Positions 18,048 to 27,533 of a stretch of DNA of 64,000 bases are shown here, piece by piece. Made by a program: the position numbers and the translations under genes. Numbering within the stretch: position 1 is the stretch's first letter; each line of letters opens with the position of its first letter. Source of the DNA: Nitrospirae bacterium MYbin3 (GTDB lineage: Bacteria > Nitrospirota > Thermodesulfovibrionia > Thermodesulfovibrionales > Dissulfurispiraceae); the NCBI GenBank assembly GCA_002753335.1, contig PEAD01000006.1:1-64000 (forward strand), read 5' to 3'. A model generated the notes under the pieces. That model made no database searches and was not told the DNA's origin. It saw only the letters and a program-made list of their open reading frames with translations.

Positions 18048-18422
18048 CTAAATTTTGGTCTTCTCAATTTTTACTTCGGTCACCCTGCCCTTAAGCTTGG
18101 GAAACCTTACCACAAGAACTCCGTGATTATAAGCCGCTTTGCCGCCCATAGTGTTTACCGTCAAAGGCATATTGATAACCCTTCTGAAATTCTTTACGCG
18201 TCTTTCCATGCAGAGATATTTGATGGGTGATTCATTTATGTCTTCGGTCCGTATCCCTTCTATCACCAGAAGGTCCTCATAAGTTCTGATGCTGAGGTCA
18301 TCAGGGTTTATGCCCGGAAGGTCTATCTCAAATACCAGATCCTCTTCGGTCTCATAAAGGTCTATCAGAGGCCATTCGGACGAGGACTCATAGAAAAACA
18401 TGCCTTTGAGCAGATTGTTCAT
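18048..18422 (-). CDS. Hsp20/alpha-crystallin family protein
   Basis: DLYETEE..EIDLPG, CMER, AAYNHGVLVVRFPK; immediately upstream of lon. Confidence 0.88.
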   Translation of the reverse strand: MNNLLKGMFFYESSSEWPLIDLYETEEDLVFEIDLPGINPDDLSIRTYEDLLVIEGIRTEDINESPIKYLCMERRVKNFRRVINMPLTVNTMGGKAAYNHGVLVVRFPKLKGRVTEVKIEKTKI

Positions 18423-19291
18423 CAGAGCGTCTTTGCCTTTTTAAAAAGAAATTCTTTAAACCCTTCCGCAAGCTCCGGGCTCTTCAGCGCAAAGTCAACA
18501 GTAGCCTTCAGATATCCAAGCTTATCTCCGGCGTCGTAGCGCTTTCCGTTCATGAGCAGGCCATATATGGGGCGTTTTTTTACGAGGTCTTTGAGCGCGT
18601 CGGTAAGCTGTATCTCCCCCCCTGCGCCCGGTTTCTGATTTTCGAGATATTCAAAGACATCCGGCGTCAGTATATATCTGCCTATTATCGCAAGATTTGA
18701 CGGGGCTTTGTCGGGTGAGGGCTTCTCGACCATATCGCTGATTTTATAAACACCGCCCTCAAGCTTGCCTTCAATTATCCCGTAACGGTCCACTTCGGAC
18801 TGCGGCACCTCTTCAAGCGCGATAACAGGCGCCTTGAACTTTTCGTAAATACTCGTCATTTCTTTTAGCAGCGGGTAATCTGGATCTATAATGTCGTCAC
18901 TCAGAATTACCGCAAAAGGCTCATCCCCCATAAACGGCTTGGCACAGAGTATCGCATGGCCAAGACCGAGAGGAGATTTCTGCCTGATAAAGGCTATATT
19001 GAGATGGTTAAGCTTGTTTATTTCTTCAAGCAGGCTGTCCTTGCCCGAAGATCTCAGTTTTTCCTCCAGCCTGTACGCAACGTCAAAGTGGTCTTCAAGT
19101 GCACGCTTGTTCTTGCCGGTTATCATCACAAAATCCTCTATACCGCAGGCCATAGCCTCCTCAACCGCGTACTGGATCAGCGGTTTGTCAACTATAGGAA
19201 GCATCTCTTTAGGAGACGCTTTTGTAGCAGGCAAAAATCTGGTGCCAAGCCCTGCTGCCGGCAACACCGCTTTTTTTATCGAACTCTCCAT
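18422..19291 (-). CDS. galU: UTP-glucose-1-phosphate uridylyltransferase
   Basis: KAVLPAAGLGTRFLPATKASPKEMLP, VEKP, GRYIL, GEIQLTDA. Confidence 0.96.
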   Translation of the reverse strand: MESSIKKAVLPAAGLGTRFLPATKASPKEMLPIVDKPLIQYAVEEAMACGIEDFVMITGKNKRALEDHFDVAYRLEEKLRSSGKDSLLEEINKLNHLNIAFIRQKSPLGLGHAILCAKPFMGDEPFAVILSDDIIDPDYPLLKEMTSIYEKFKAPVIALEEVPQSEVDRYGIIEGKLEGGVYKISDMVEKPSPDKAPSNLAIIGRYILTPDVFEYLENQKPGAGGEIQLTDALKDLVKKRPIYGLLMNGKRYDAGDKLGYLKATVDFALKSPELAEGFKEFLFKKAKTL

Positions 19292-19536
19292 TGTTTATCG
19301 GGCCTCTTTATTGGGATTTGATTTTTCAAGGATTTAAAACCTTTACCGAAAGCAGTTTATTGTAGAAATATCGCTGCCTTTTTTTCAAGAAGGGTTAACA
19401 GTTTTAAATGATAATGCAAGCAGAAATCTGCAATAGACATCGAAATTACAAAAAAAGTACTTTTATCGACATACAACTAGTTCAGCAACTATTGTCGCAC
19501 CCTTTTGCAGAACAAATTCAGACTCTAAAGATTATA

Positions 19537-19549
19537 TATCAATGAGTTA
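19537..19549. promoter_or_regulatory. IHF binding site
   Basis: TATCAATGAGTTA matches WATCAANNNNTTR and lies next to a sigma54 promoter. Confidence 0.6.
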
Positions 19550-19555
19550 ATATTA

Positions 19556-19571
19556 TGGCACACTTTATGCT
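19556..19571 (+). promoter_or_regulatory. sigma54 (-24/-12) promoter
   Basis: TGGCACACTTTATGCT with GG-N10-GC spacing, in intergenic DNA upstream of a co-oriented operon. Confidence 0.8.
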
Positions 19572-19581
19572 TAAAAAAATG

Positions 19582-19680
19582 AATCTTCCCCAATTACCCC
19601 TCAGAATCCTCCTCCACCCTCCTCCCCGGGAGGGTGGAATCAAGGAGGAAAAGTTGAGGAGAAAATCAGCGGAGGGAGCA
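19582..19680 (+). ncRNA. Putative structured 5' leader or cis-regulatory RNA
   Basis: Nested stems TCCACCCTCC/GGAGGGTGGA, TCCTCC/GGAGGA and CCTCA/TGAGG lie between the sigma54 promoter and the ATG at 19681. Confidence 0.5.
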
Positions 19681-19890
19681 ATGAAATGCCCCAATCTAGA
19701 AAAATGGGTAATACTCAACCAATGCAATGCCTCTGTTTCTAATGAAAGCGGAAAAGGCGCCTACTATATACCAAGCATCTTTCAGCTCGAAGAGTACTGC
19801 AAAACAAAACAGTTTACACGATGCCCGTTCTTTAAATATAAGGAGGGAAAAGAAAAGTTATGCGGCAGCCTGACACTAGCAAAAATATAA
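19681..19890 (+). CDS. Small Cys-rich hypothetical protein (69 aa)
   Basis: Start moved from 19555, because that ATG lies inside the promoter; RBS GGAGGGAG precedes MKCPNL...C...PSIFQLEEYC...CPFF. Confidence 0.7.
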   Translation: MKCPNLEKWVILNQCNASVSNESGKGAYYIPSIFQLEEYCKTKQFTRCPFFKYKEGKEKLCGSLTLAKI

Positions 19891-20105
19891 CAAACCTTGC
19901 AGAGGCCGTAATACTTCAGTCTTTAAGCGACCTTTGGCAGCAGAACGAAAGGCCCGACAGCATCAAGTTTTTCAAAGGAAGCGGCCTAAATGCCTACGGA
20001 AACCTTGCAGGAATGGGGCTAAAACAGATAACCAGCCTGCGCAAATTCGCAAACTTCATAATAAATCAGCAAGGAACGGTCCTTCACAGAGAAAAATTAT
20101 GCTGA
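19860..20105 (+). CDS. Hypothetical protein (81 aa)
   Basis: AAGGAGG upstream; overlaps both neighbours; helical segment 'LAEAVILQSLSDLW'. Confidence 0.6.
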   Translation: MRQPDTSKNITNLAEAVILQSLSDLWQQNERPDSIKFFKGSGLNAYGNLAGMGLKQITSLRKFANFIINQQGTVLHREKLC

Positions 20106-20440
20106 AATTCTCTCTCGAGAAATTCAACAATACAAGCGTAATCAAGTTCGACGGAGAACTCACATCCCATTCAGCCCCTGTGTTTAAAGAAGCCCTTTAT
20201 ATGTCTTTAGAAAATTCGGACCATGTGCTTCTCGATTTCAGCAAGACCTCTCTAATAGACAGCTTTTTTTTCGATCAGATGCGCAAATTCAGAGAGATAG
20301 CGCAAAAACTCAAAAAAAGAATAACCGTGATGAACCTGCCGCCTCACCTAAGCGACAGCCTCTCTGCAAAAACAAACAATACATTTATTAAAACAACCCG
20401 TCGCCTAGTCGAAAACACTCCCCAGCCGGCTGAAGCTTAG
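20099..20440 (+). CDS. STAS-domain (anti-sigma antagonist-like) protein
   Basis: From the internal Met at 20099: 'VIKFDGELT...FKEAL...VLLDFSKTSLIDS', a STAS pattern. Confidence 0.72.
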   Translation: MLKFSLEKFNNTSVIKFDGELTSHSAPVFKEALYMSLENSDHVLLDFSKTSLIDSFFFDQMRKFREIAQKLKKRITVMNLPPHLSDSLSAKTNNTFIKTTRRLVENTPQPAEA

Positions 20441-20457
20441 CATGGCAGTGCTCTGCC

Positions 20458-21696
20458 ATGGCCTCTAAAAGAGAGTTTCGCTACACTGATAGCGACAACC
20501 CGTCTTACCACAGCGCAAGCATTGACAAACTGATAACCGGAACAAGAATCCCTTTTGATGTATTCATAAAAGAAGGGGATAAAATACGCCATCTGTTCAA
20601 TAAAGGAATGGTCTATGCAAGCTATACAAGGGATGTTCTCCGTGGCAAAAAAATAACCACTTTTTATGTTAATGATCAGGATGAGAACATACTCGAAAAT
20701 TATCTCGGAAATCCTCTACTGCACAAAATACAAGACGATGAAGACTCTCTATTGTTCCGTGAGTATTCGCACGAAAAAGAGAATTATCATCAGATAGACG
20801 GAAAAGTCTTAATTCCTGGCACCAGCATAAACTTCAACCTGCATCTCTTGTACGGATTCAACTTCAGCATATTATCTGAAGCAACCGAAAAAAATCCGCT
20901 GCCTATAGACAAAATCATCTCATCATCAGACGGCGACCTGATGATTAAAAAAAGCGATATCCCTCTTTTTAACTCATATCTGCAGTCGCTGATGACCAAA
21001 CCAGCAGAAGCAGGATTCAAGGCCCTCGCCATAAGGGAAAATTCAAAGCTGATAATGGAAGAACTGCTTGAAAACCCGCGCAGCGGTGAAGCTATAAAAA
21101 AATCTCACGACATGGTCAACCACATTGTGGATACTATCCTTGAAAGCAACGACGCGGTCTATGACCTGCTCGATATAAGCAAATACGATTTCTATACATA
21201 CACACACTCTGTGAATGTTGCTGTCATGTCTATCGGTTTGGCCAACGCCATACATCTTGAACGCAAAGAGATCGAAAAACTTGGGCTGGGCGCCATGCTC
21301 CATGATATAGGCAAAAGCAATGTGCCGAGCGAAGTGCTAAACAAACAGGGCAAGCTGACTTCAACCGAGTACCAGATAATACAGAGCCATGTGGTTGAAG
21401 GCGAGAAAATACTAAGAGAGCATCGCCATATCCCTGAAGAGTCGTTTCCGGCGGTAACGCAGCACCACGAAAAACTGACCGGAAAAGGCTACCCTCTCGG
21501 ACTGGACAATAAAAAAATCAGCCTTTTCGGAAGGATCACAGCGGTTGCTGACTGTTATGACGCACTTACCACACCACGGCCTTACAAGCCTGCCTTCACG
21601 CCCTTTTACGCGCTCTCTATACTAGTGAAAGAAAAACAGGACTTTGACTGTGAGTTGCTGAAAGAGTTCATCGGCATGCTCGGCAAAGTAAGATAA
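20458..21696 (+). CDS. HD-GYP domain cyclic-dinucleotide phosphodiesterase
   Basis: YTYTHSVNV, LHDIGK, HHEKLTGKGYP, ADCYDALTTPRPYK. Confidence 0.92.
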   Translation: MASKREFRYTDSDNPSYHSASIDKLITGTRIPFDVFIKEGDKIRHLFNKGMVYASYTRDVLRGKKITTFYVNDQDENILENYLGNPLLHKIQDDEDSLLFREYSHEKENYHQIDGKVLIPGTSINFNLHLLYGFNFSILSEATEKNPLPIDKIISSSDGDLMIKKSDIPLFNSYLQSLMTKPAEAGFKALAIRENSKLIMEELLENPRSGEAIKKSHDMVNHIVDTILESNDAVYDLLDISKYDFYTYTHSVNVAVMSIGLANAIHLERKEIEKLGLGAMLHDIGKSNVPSEVLNKQGKLTSTEYQIIQSHVVEGEKILREHRHIPEESFPAVTQHHEKLTGKGYPLGLDNKKISLFGRITAVADCYDALTTPRPYKPAFTPFYALSILVKEKQDFDCELLKEFIGMLGKVR

Positions 21697-21823
21697 GATC
21701 ACTGCATAAATAACGGCCTATGGGGATAAATTTCTTTCGTTGAGGGCTACCCACTTCACAACAAGCCGGCCGTTATGATATCGTTTATACTCTTAAAACA
21801 CTTCTAATCGATCGGAGGACAAC

Positions 21824-23017
21824 ATGGCAAATAAAATAGTGCTTGCCTACTCAGGAGGGCTCGATACATCGGTAGCTATAAAATGGCTCATCGAGAAATA
21901 CGATGCCGAGATTATAGCTTTCTGCGCTGATCTGGGGCAGGGTGAAGACCTTGAAGCGGTTAAAGAGAAGGCGCTGAAGACAGGCGCTTCAAAGGTTTAT
22001 GTCGAAGACCTGCGGCACGAGTTCGTTGTGGATTATGTATTCCCGATGCTGAGAGCCAATGCGGTTTATGAGGGCACTTATCTTTTAGGCACCTCGATAG
22101 CGCGGCCTCTCATAGCAAAAAAGCAGATAGAGATAGCGCTTAAAGAAAATGCGGATGCTGTGGCCCACGGAGCAACAGGCAAAGGCAACGATCAGGTCAG
22201 ATTTGAACTTACATACTATGCTTTGAAGCCTGATATAAAAGTGATATCCCCGTGGCGCGAATGGGATTTTGATTCGAGGCAGTCGCTTATAGAATACTCC
22301 GAAAAACACGGCATTCCTGTAACCGCAACAAAAGAGAAGCCTTACAGCACCGATCAAAATATATTTCATATCAGCTACGAGGGAGGAGTGCTTGAAGACC
22401 CTTGGGCAGAGCCGCCGGCTGACATGTTTACGATGATGACATCTCCAGAAAAAGCGCCTGACAAACCTACATACATAGAAATAAATTACAAAGAGGGCAA
22501 CCCGATAGGACTAAACGGAGAGTCGCTTATGCCTGTGGACCTTTTTGAAAAACTGAACAAACTAGCAGGAGAAAATGGGATTGGTAGGGTCGATATAGTA
22601 GAAAACAGATATGTCGGAATGAAATCCCGCGGTGTTTATGAAACACCTGCAGGCACCGTGCTTCAGATTGCACACAGGGCAATAGAGTCATTGACCCTCG
22701 ACAGAGAGGTGCTGCATCTGCGCGATTCATGGATACCCAAATACGCACAGCTCGTCTATTACGGATACTGGTTCGCCCCTGAACGAGAAATGCTCCAAAC
22801 TGCTATCGACTCTGCGCAGAATGAGGCCACCGGAACAGTAAGGCTGAAACTTTATAAAGGCAACTGCACAGTCGTAGGCAGGAAATCCCCAAAATCGCTT
22901 TATCATCCGGCATTGGCCACATTCGAGTCAGAGAAGATTTACGACCAGAAAAACGCGGAAGGCTTTATCAAACTTAATTCGCTGAGGCTAAGAGTCCTAA
23001 AAATGCTCCGTAAATAA
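21824..23017 (+). CDS. argG: Argininosuccinate synthase
   Basis: [35 protein letters not shown]. Confidence 0.97.
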   Translation: MANKIVLAYSGGLDTSVAIKWLIEKYDAEIIAFCADLGQGEDLEAVKEKALKTGASKVYVEDLRHEFVVDYVFPMLRANAVYEGTYLLGTSIARPLIAKKQIEIALKENADAVAHGATGKGNDQVRFELTYYALKPDIKVISPWREWDFDSRQSLIEYSEKHGIPVTATKEKPYSTDQNIFHISYEGGVLEDPWAEPPADMFTMMTSPEKAPDKPTYIEINYKEGNPIGLNGESLMPVDLFEKLNKLAGENGIGRVDIVENRYVGMKSRGVYETPAGTVLQIAHRAIESLTLDREVLHLRDSWIPKYAQLVYYGYWFAPEREMLQTAIDSAQNEATGTVRLKLYKGNCTVVGRKSPKSLYHPALATFESEKIYDQKNAEGFIKLNSLRLRVLKMLRK

Positions 23018-24132
23018 TGGCCGTTGACCTCCGCCATTGGATAGCGCTCGTTCTGACGAGAGATATTGGACCGCTGTCCTCAAACAGGCTTCTATCTGCA
23101 TTTCAAACTCCAGAAAGGATATTCAGGGCTTCCGCCTCAGCACTCGCTGAGGTTGAAGGGATGACCTCTTCTAAGATAAAAGCCCTCACAGGGTTCAACA
23201 ACTGGGATGCGGTGAAGAAAGAGATTGATAACATGAACCGCCTTGGAATTGCTGCAATAACGATTGAGGACAAGGCATACCCAGAAATACTGAAACAGAT
23301 ACCCGATCCCCCACCGGTGCTTTTTGTAAAAGGCGCGCTTGCCGAAGATGACCAATATTCTGTTGCGATTGTCGGCTCAAGAAAGATGACCGGATACGGC
23401 AGAACCGTTGCAGGACAGATATCTTCGGGCTTGGCGCGCTGCGGGCTGACGGTTATAAGCGGCATGGCTAGGGGCATTGACACGGTTGCCCACACCACCG
23501 CCCTGGATGTAAAAGGCAGAACCATCGCTGTTCTCGGCTGCGGACTGGACCGGCCTTACCCGCCAGAAAACCTCAAACTATTCGAGCGCATACAGGAATC
23601 GGGCTGCGTAATAAGCGAGTTCCCTACCGGAACACCTCCTTTAAGAGAGCATTTTCCGAGAAGGAACAGAATTATAAGCGGCCTATCGCTAGGCGTAACC
23701 GTTATCGAGGCAACCACAGACAGCGGCTCATTAATAACCGCAAACATGGCACTTGACCAGAACAGAGATGTTTTTGCGATCCCGGGCAATATAACGTCCA
23801 AGGCCTCTGAAGGCACAAACAGGCTCATAAGAAAAGGCGCCACTCTCGTACAGAAGCCCGAGGATATAATTGAAGAGCTGTCCGAAAAGTTGAAAAAAAT
23901 GATAAAAAAGTCGCTGCCTGCAGAGTCATGCATAGGAACAGAAACGGCTCTGAATTCTTTAAATCAGGAAGAAGCCGCAATCCTCAACGCGCTCGATTAC
24001 ACACCCAAACATCCGGACGACATAGGGAGAGAACTTGACATTATGCCCGGAAAACTTTTAGGTTTACTACTTACCTTAGAGATAAAAGGCCTTGTGAGGC
24101 AAACCGAAGGGAAAAATTTTTCTAAGGCTTGA
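23017..24132 (+). CDS. dprA: DNA-processing protein DprA
   Basis: AIVGSR, ISGMARGIDT.AH, FPRRNRIISGLS, SGSLITA; C-terminal winged helix. Confidence 0.95.
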   Translation: MAVDLRHWIALVLTRDIGPLSSNRLLSAFQTPERIFRASASALAEVEGMTSSKIKALTGFNNWDAVKKEIDNMNRLGIAAITIEDKAYPEILKQIPDPPPVLFVKGALAEDDQYSVAIVGSRKMTGYGRTVAGQISSGLARCGLTVISGMARGIDTVAHTTALDVKGRTIAVLGCGLDRPYPPENLKLFERIQESGCVISEFPTGTPPLREHFPRRNRIISGLSLGVTVIEATTDSGSLITANMALDQNRDVFAIPGNITSKASEGTNRLIRKGATLVQKPEDIIEELSEKLKKMIKKSLPAESCIGTETALNSLNQEEAAILNALDYTPKHPDDIGRELDIMPGKLLGLLLTLEIKGLVRQTEGKNFSKA

Positions 24133-24143
24133 AGGAGATAAAA

Positions 24144-24428
24144 GTGGCACGAAAATTCCTGGAAACCCTCCAGATACTTGCGATAGAACTTGTGGAACAG
24201 GATTACAATGCAGACAAGACTGTCAGAAAGATCGATGCGCAGGATATAGATTTTATCACCGTAAAGGATGAACTTGCAGAAATTGAGGTATCTAAATTCA
24301 TCGGCGAAGCAGAAATAGATAACATTAATGCGCTTTTGGCGTATGTTCTTATGAAAGACACTGAACTAGGAATAGAAGAGATTTATGCCTATACATTCGG
24401 CAGAGGCAGACAAATCATCTGGAACTGA
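24144..24428 (+). CDS. Smg/DUF494-like small protein
   Basis: Acidic ~94 aa protein in the dprA-x-topA position; GTG at 24144 follows AAGGAG (track start 24129). Confidence 0.6.
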   Translation: MARKFLETLQILAIELVEQDYNADKTVRKIDAQDIDFITVKDELAEIEVSKFIGEAEIDNINALLAYVLMKDTELGIEEIYAYTFGRGRQIIWN

Positions 24429-24450
24429 ATCTTAAGGAGGAATCCTGAAT

Positions 24451-26766
24451 TTGAAATCGCTCGTTATTGTTGAGTCGCCTGCAAAGGCGAAAACCATAAA
24501 CAAAATATTAGGAAAAGATTTTGGGGTCAAAGCCTCTATCGGCCATATAAAAGACCTTCCAAAAAGCGACCTCGGCGTGGATGTTGACAACAACTTCACC
24601 CCTGTTTACCAGGTAATTCCGGGTAAAGATAAGGTGGTAAAAGAGCTCCGGGCCGCTGCGAAAACTGTAGAGTCCATATACATAGCGACAGACCCTGATA
24701 GAGAAGGCGAAGCTATAGCCTATCATATTGCGGAAGAGCTCACTCCCAAAAGATCAAAAAAAGATGCAAAAAAGATATACCGCGTAACCTTTCACGAAAT
24801 AACCGAAAGGGCGGTTAAAGAGGCGATAAAGAATCCGGGTGAAATTGATACCAACAAGGTGGATGCGCAGCAGGCCAGAAGAGTGCTGGACAGGCTTGTC
24901 GGCTACAAACTAAGCCCGTTCCTCTGGCGGAAAGTCCGCAGAGGTTTGAGCGCAGGAAGAGTGCAGTCGGTTGCGGTCAGGCTTGTGGTAGAGAGAGAGA
25001 GGGAGATTGAAGCGTTCAAAAAAGAGGAGTACTGGACGATAGAAGCGGCGCTGCAGCCCGAAGCAGGCTCAGAGAACGCATCGAGAAAATTTACCGCCAA
25101 CCTTTATAAATACGCCGACAGCCTCGTTATAAACAGAGACGGGGAAGAAGGCAAGCGCTTCCTTATAACAAACAGCGATGATGCCCAGAAAATAGCCGGA
25201 GAGCTTGCAGGCAAGAGTTTCTCCCTTTTAAAAATAGACAAGCGCCAGAGAAAAAAGTCTCCATCGCCGCCTTTTACCACAAGCACGCTTCAGCAGGAGG
25301 CTTCAAGAAGACTGCGCTTTGCCGCAAAGAAAACCATGATGACGGCCCAGCAGCTTTACGAAGGAATAGAACTAGGCAGCGAAGGCTCTGTTGGTCTTAT
25401 AACATACATGAGGACAGACTCGTTCAGGGTGGCTCCGGAAGCTCAGGAATGGGCGCGCGAACTGATATCCGAAAGATTCGGCGCTAATTTTGTTCCCGAA
25501 AAACCGCCAACTTATAAAAGCAAAGGCAGTGCTCAGGAAGCTCACGAGGCTGTCCGGCCCACATACCCTGACAAGGCTCCGGATAAGATTAAACCGTTTC
25601 TAAGCAAGGACCAATACAATCTCTACACGCTTATATGGAATCGCTTTATAGCCAGCCAGATGTCGCCTGCACTGCTGGAGCAGACAACCTTTATAATCGG
25701 AACGCAGGAAAACGGCGCTGACATAAAGGGTACCGAACTTAGATCAACCGGAACAATAATCAGCTTTCCCGGGTTTATGGCGCTTTACACAGAAGGCATG
25801 GATGACATTGAAGAGGAGGAAGGCGGCCTGCTGCCATCGCTCAACGAGGGTGAAAAATTAAACCAGCTTGAAATCAAGCCTGCACAGCATTTTACGCAGC
25901 CTCCTCCACGGTATTCCGAAGCAACTCTGGTAAAGATGCTCGAAGAAAAGGGCATCGGCAGACCGAGCACATACGCCGCGATACTCTCAACAATTCAGGA
26001 CAGGAAATACGCGCTAAAAACAGAAGGACGTTTTTCTCCAACCGAACTTGGAGTGATAGTAAACGATCTGCTTATCGAAAAGTTTTCGGAAGTTATAGAC
26101 ATAGGATTCACCGCCAAAATGGAAAACGAGCTCGACGAAATCGAGAACGCCAATATGAACTGGGTGAATGTCATCAACGACTTTTACATACCTTTCAGCA
26201 AAGACCTTACCGAAGCGTTAAAAGACATGGGAAAAGTTACTCCGCAGGATATAGAAACGAGCGAAGTATGCGAAAAATGCCAAAAGCCTATGGTCATAAG
26301 ATGGGGCCGCCACGGAAGGTTTCTTGCATGCTCAGGTTATCCTGAATGTAAAAACACAAAACAGATCGAGAGCGACGGTACGCCAAAGAAAGAGGAGCCT
26401 ACAGAAACAGATGAAGTATGTGACAAATGCGGCTCGCCGATGCTCATTAAAAGGGGCAGGTTCGGCAAATTCCTTGCCTGTTCAAAATACCCTGAATGCA
26501 AAAACGCAAAACCTTTGGCAACCGGCATAAAATGCCCTGAAGACGGCGGTGATATAGTGGAAAGGAAATCCAAGAGGGGCAAGTCCTTCTGGAGCTGCAG
26601 CAACTACCCTAACTGCAAGTTCGCCACCTGGTATAAACCTGTTCAAAAAAACTGTCCTAAATGCAGCTCGCCTTTCTTGGTCGAAAAATGGACCAAGGCA
26701 GGGGACAGCCACCATGAATGCCCTAATAAAGACTGCGACTTCAGAGAAGAGATAACCACGGAATAA
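24451..26766 (+). CDS. topA: DNA topoisomerase I
   Basis: LVIVESPAKAKTI, ATDPDREGEAI, SAGRVQS, ITYMRTDS; C-terminal Zn-ribbon repeats; TTG start after AAGGAGG. Confidence 0.97.
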   Translation: MKSLVIVESPAKAKTINKILGKDFGVKASIGHIKDLPKSDLGVDVDNNFTPVYQVIPGKDKVVKELRAAAKTVESIYIATDPDREGEAIAYHIAEELTPKRSKKDAKKIYRVTFHEITERAVKEAIKNPGEIDTNKVDAQQARRVLDRLVGYKLSPFLWRKVRRGLSAGRVQSVAVRLVVEREREIEAFKKEEYWTIEAALQPEAGSENASRKFTANLYKYADSLVINRDGEEGKRFLITNSDDAQKIAGELAGKSFSLLKIDKRQRKKSPSPPFTTSTLQQEASRRLRFAAKKTMMTAQQLYEGIELGSEGSVGLITYMRTDSFRVAPEAQEWARELISERFGANFVPEKPPTYKSKGSAQEAHEAVRPTYPDKAPDKIKPFLSKDQYNLYTLIWNRFIASQMSPALLEQTTFIIGTQENGADIKGTELRSTGTIISFPGFMALYTEGMDDIEEEEGGLLPSLNEGEKLNQLEIKPAQHFTQPPPRYSEATLVKMLEEKGIGRPSTYAAILSTIQDRKYALKTEGRFSPTELGVIVNDLLIEKFSEVIDIGFTAKMENELDEIENANMNWVNVINDFYIPFSKDLTEALKDMGKVTPQDIETSEVCEKCQKPMVIRWGRHGRFLACSGYPECKNTKQIESDGTPKKEEPTETDEVCDKCGSPMLIKRGRFGKFLACSKYPECKNAKPLATGIKCPEDGGDIVERKSKRGKSFWSCSNYPNCKFATWYKPVQKNCPKCSSPFLVEKWTKAGDSHHECPNKDCDFREEITTE

Positions 26767-26780
26767 GCAGAGGCGGGCTA

Positions 26781-27533
26781 ATAGAGCGTCCTTTTCTCAT
26801 AGGCATCGGCGGCGGCCACAGCGGTTCTGGCAAGACCACGCTCGTAACGGCGCTTATAAAACATCTCACAGGCAATAAAGCAGAGCCTCTTGCTTTTGAA
26901 AAGTTGGGGGCGATTAAATACACCAAGACAGACCTTTTCACATCCATAACCGACGGCGCCCCAACACAGGAAGAAGCTGACAAAGACACCGGCCGCATGC
27001 TCAAAGCGGGAGCTTCAGAAGTTCAATGGGTGCGCTGTCCGAGAGCAGAGATACCCGAAACAATTCCTATGGCTATGGACAGGCTCTCGCACCTTGACTG
27101 TGTTGTGGTAGAAGGCAACAGTGCAATTGAGTTTTTAAAGCCCGATATAGTAATATTTTTATTAGGCTTTTCACGTTCGAAAAGCAAGCCTTCCGCCTTC
27201 TCAGCACTGAAAAATGCGGATATTGTCCTGATGCAGGAAGGCTGTGAAAACGCATTGAAAGACTATCCGGAGATAGAAAAGAAACCGGCTCAATGTCTGA
27301 GTTTTAAATCTTTTGAAGAACTGCCGATAAAAGAACTTTTAAACCTTATGAAAGATACAGCAAACATAAACAGGCTTGAAGAAACACTGAAGCAAAAATC
27401 TGTTGAAGGCAAACTGCCTTGCGGCGCAGCCCGAAAAATAGCAGAAGAACTCGGTCTGTCTTATAAAGAAGTTGGCGATGCGGCCAATGCCTTAAAAATC
27501 AAAATCAAAAACTGCGAACTAGGCTGCTTCTGA
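26781..27533 (+). CDS. P-loop NTPase (MobB-like) with a C-terminal Cys-containing 'C..A..IA...CELGCF' domain
   Basis: The frame of ORF 26904 stays open upstream and encodes LIGIGGGHSGSGKTT (Walker A); also VVVEGNS. Start is uncertain and probably non-ATG. Confidence 0.65.
   Translation: MERPFLIGIGGGHSGSGKTTLVTALIKHLTGNKAEPLAFEKLGAIKYTKTDLFTSITDGAPTQEEADKDTGRMLKAGASEVQWVRCPRAEIPETIPMAMDRLSHLDCVVVEGNSAIEFLKPDIVIFLLGFSRSKSKPSAFSALKNADIVLMQEGCENALKDYPEIEKKPAQCLSFKSFEELPIKELLNLMKDTANINRLEETLKQKSVEGKLPCGAARKIAEELGLSYKEVGDAANALKIKIKNCELGCF

Noticed and set aside
19555..19680. N-terminal 42 aa of track ORF 19555..19890
   Set aside because: The ATG lies within the sigma54 -24 box and the segment is a hairpin; a good RBS precedes the ATG at 19681.
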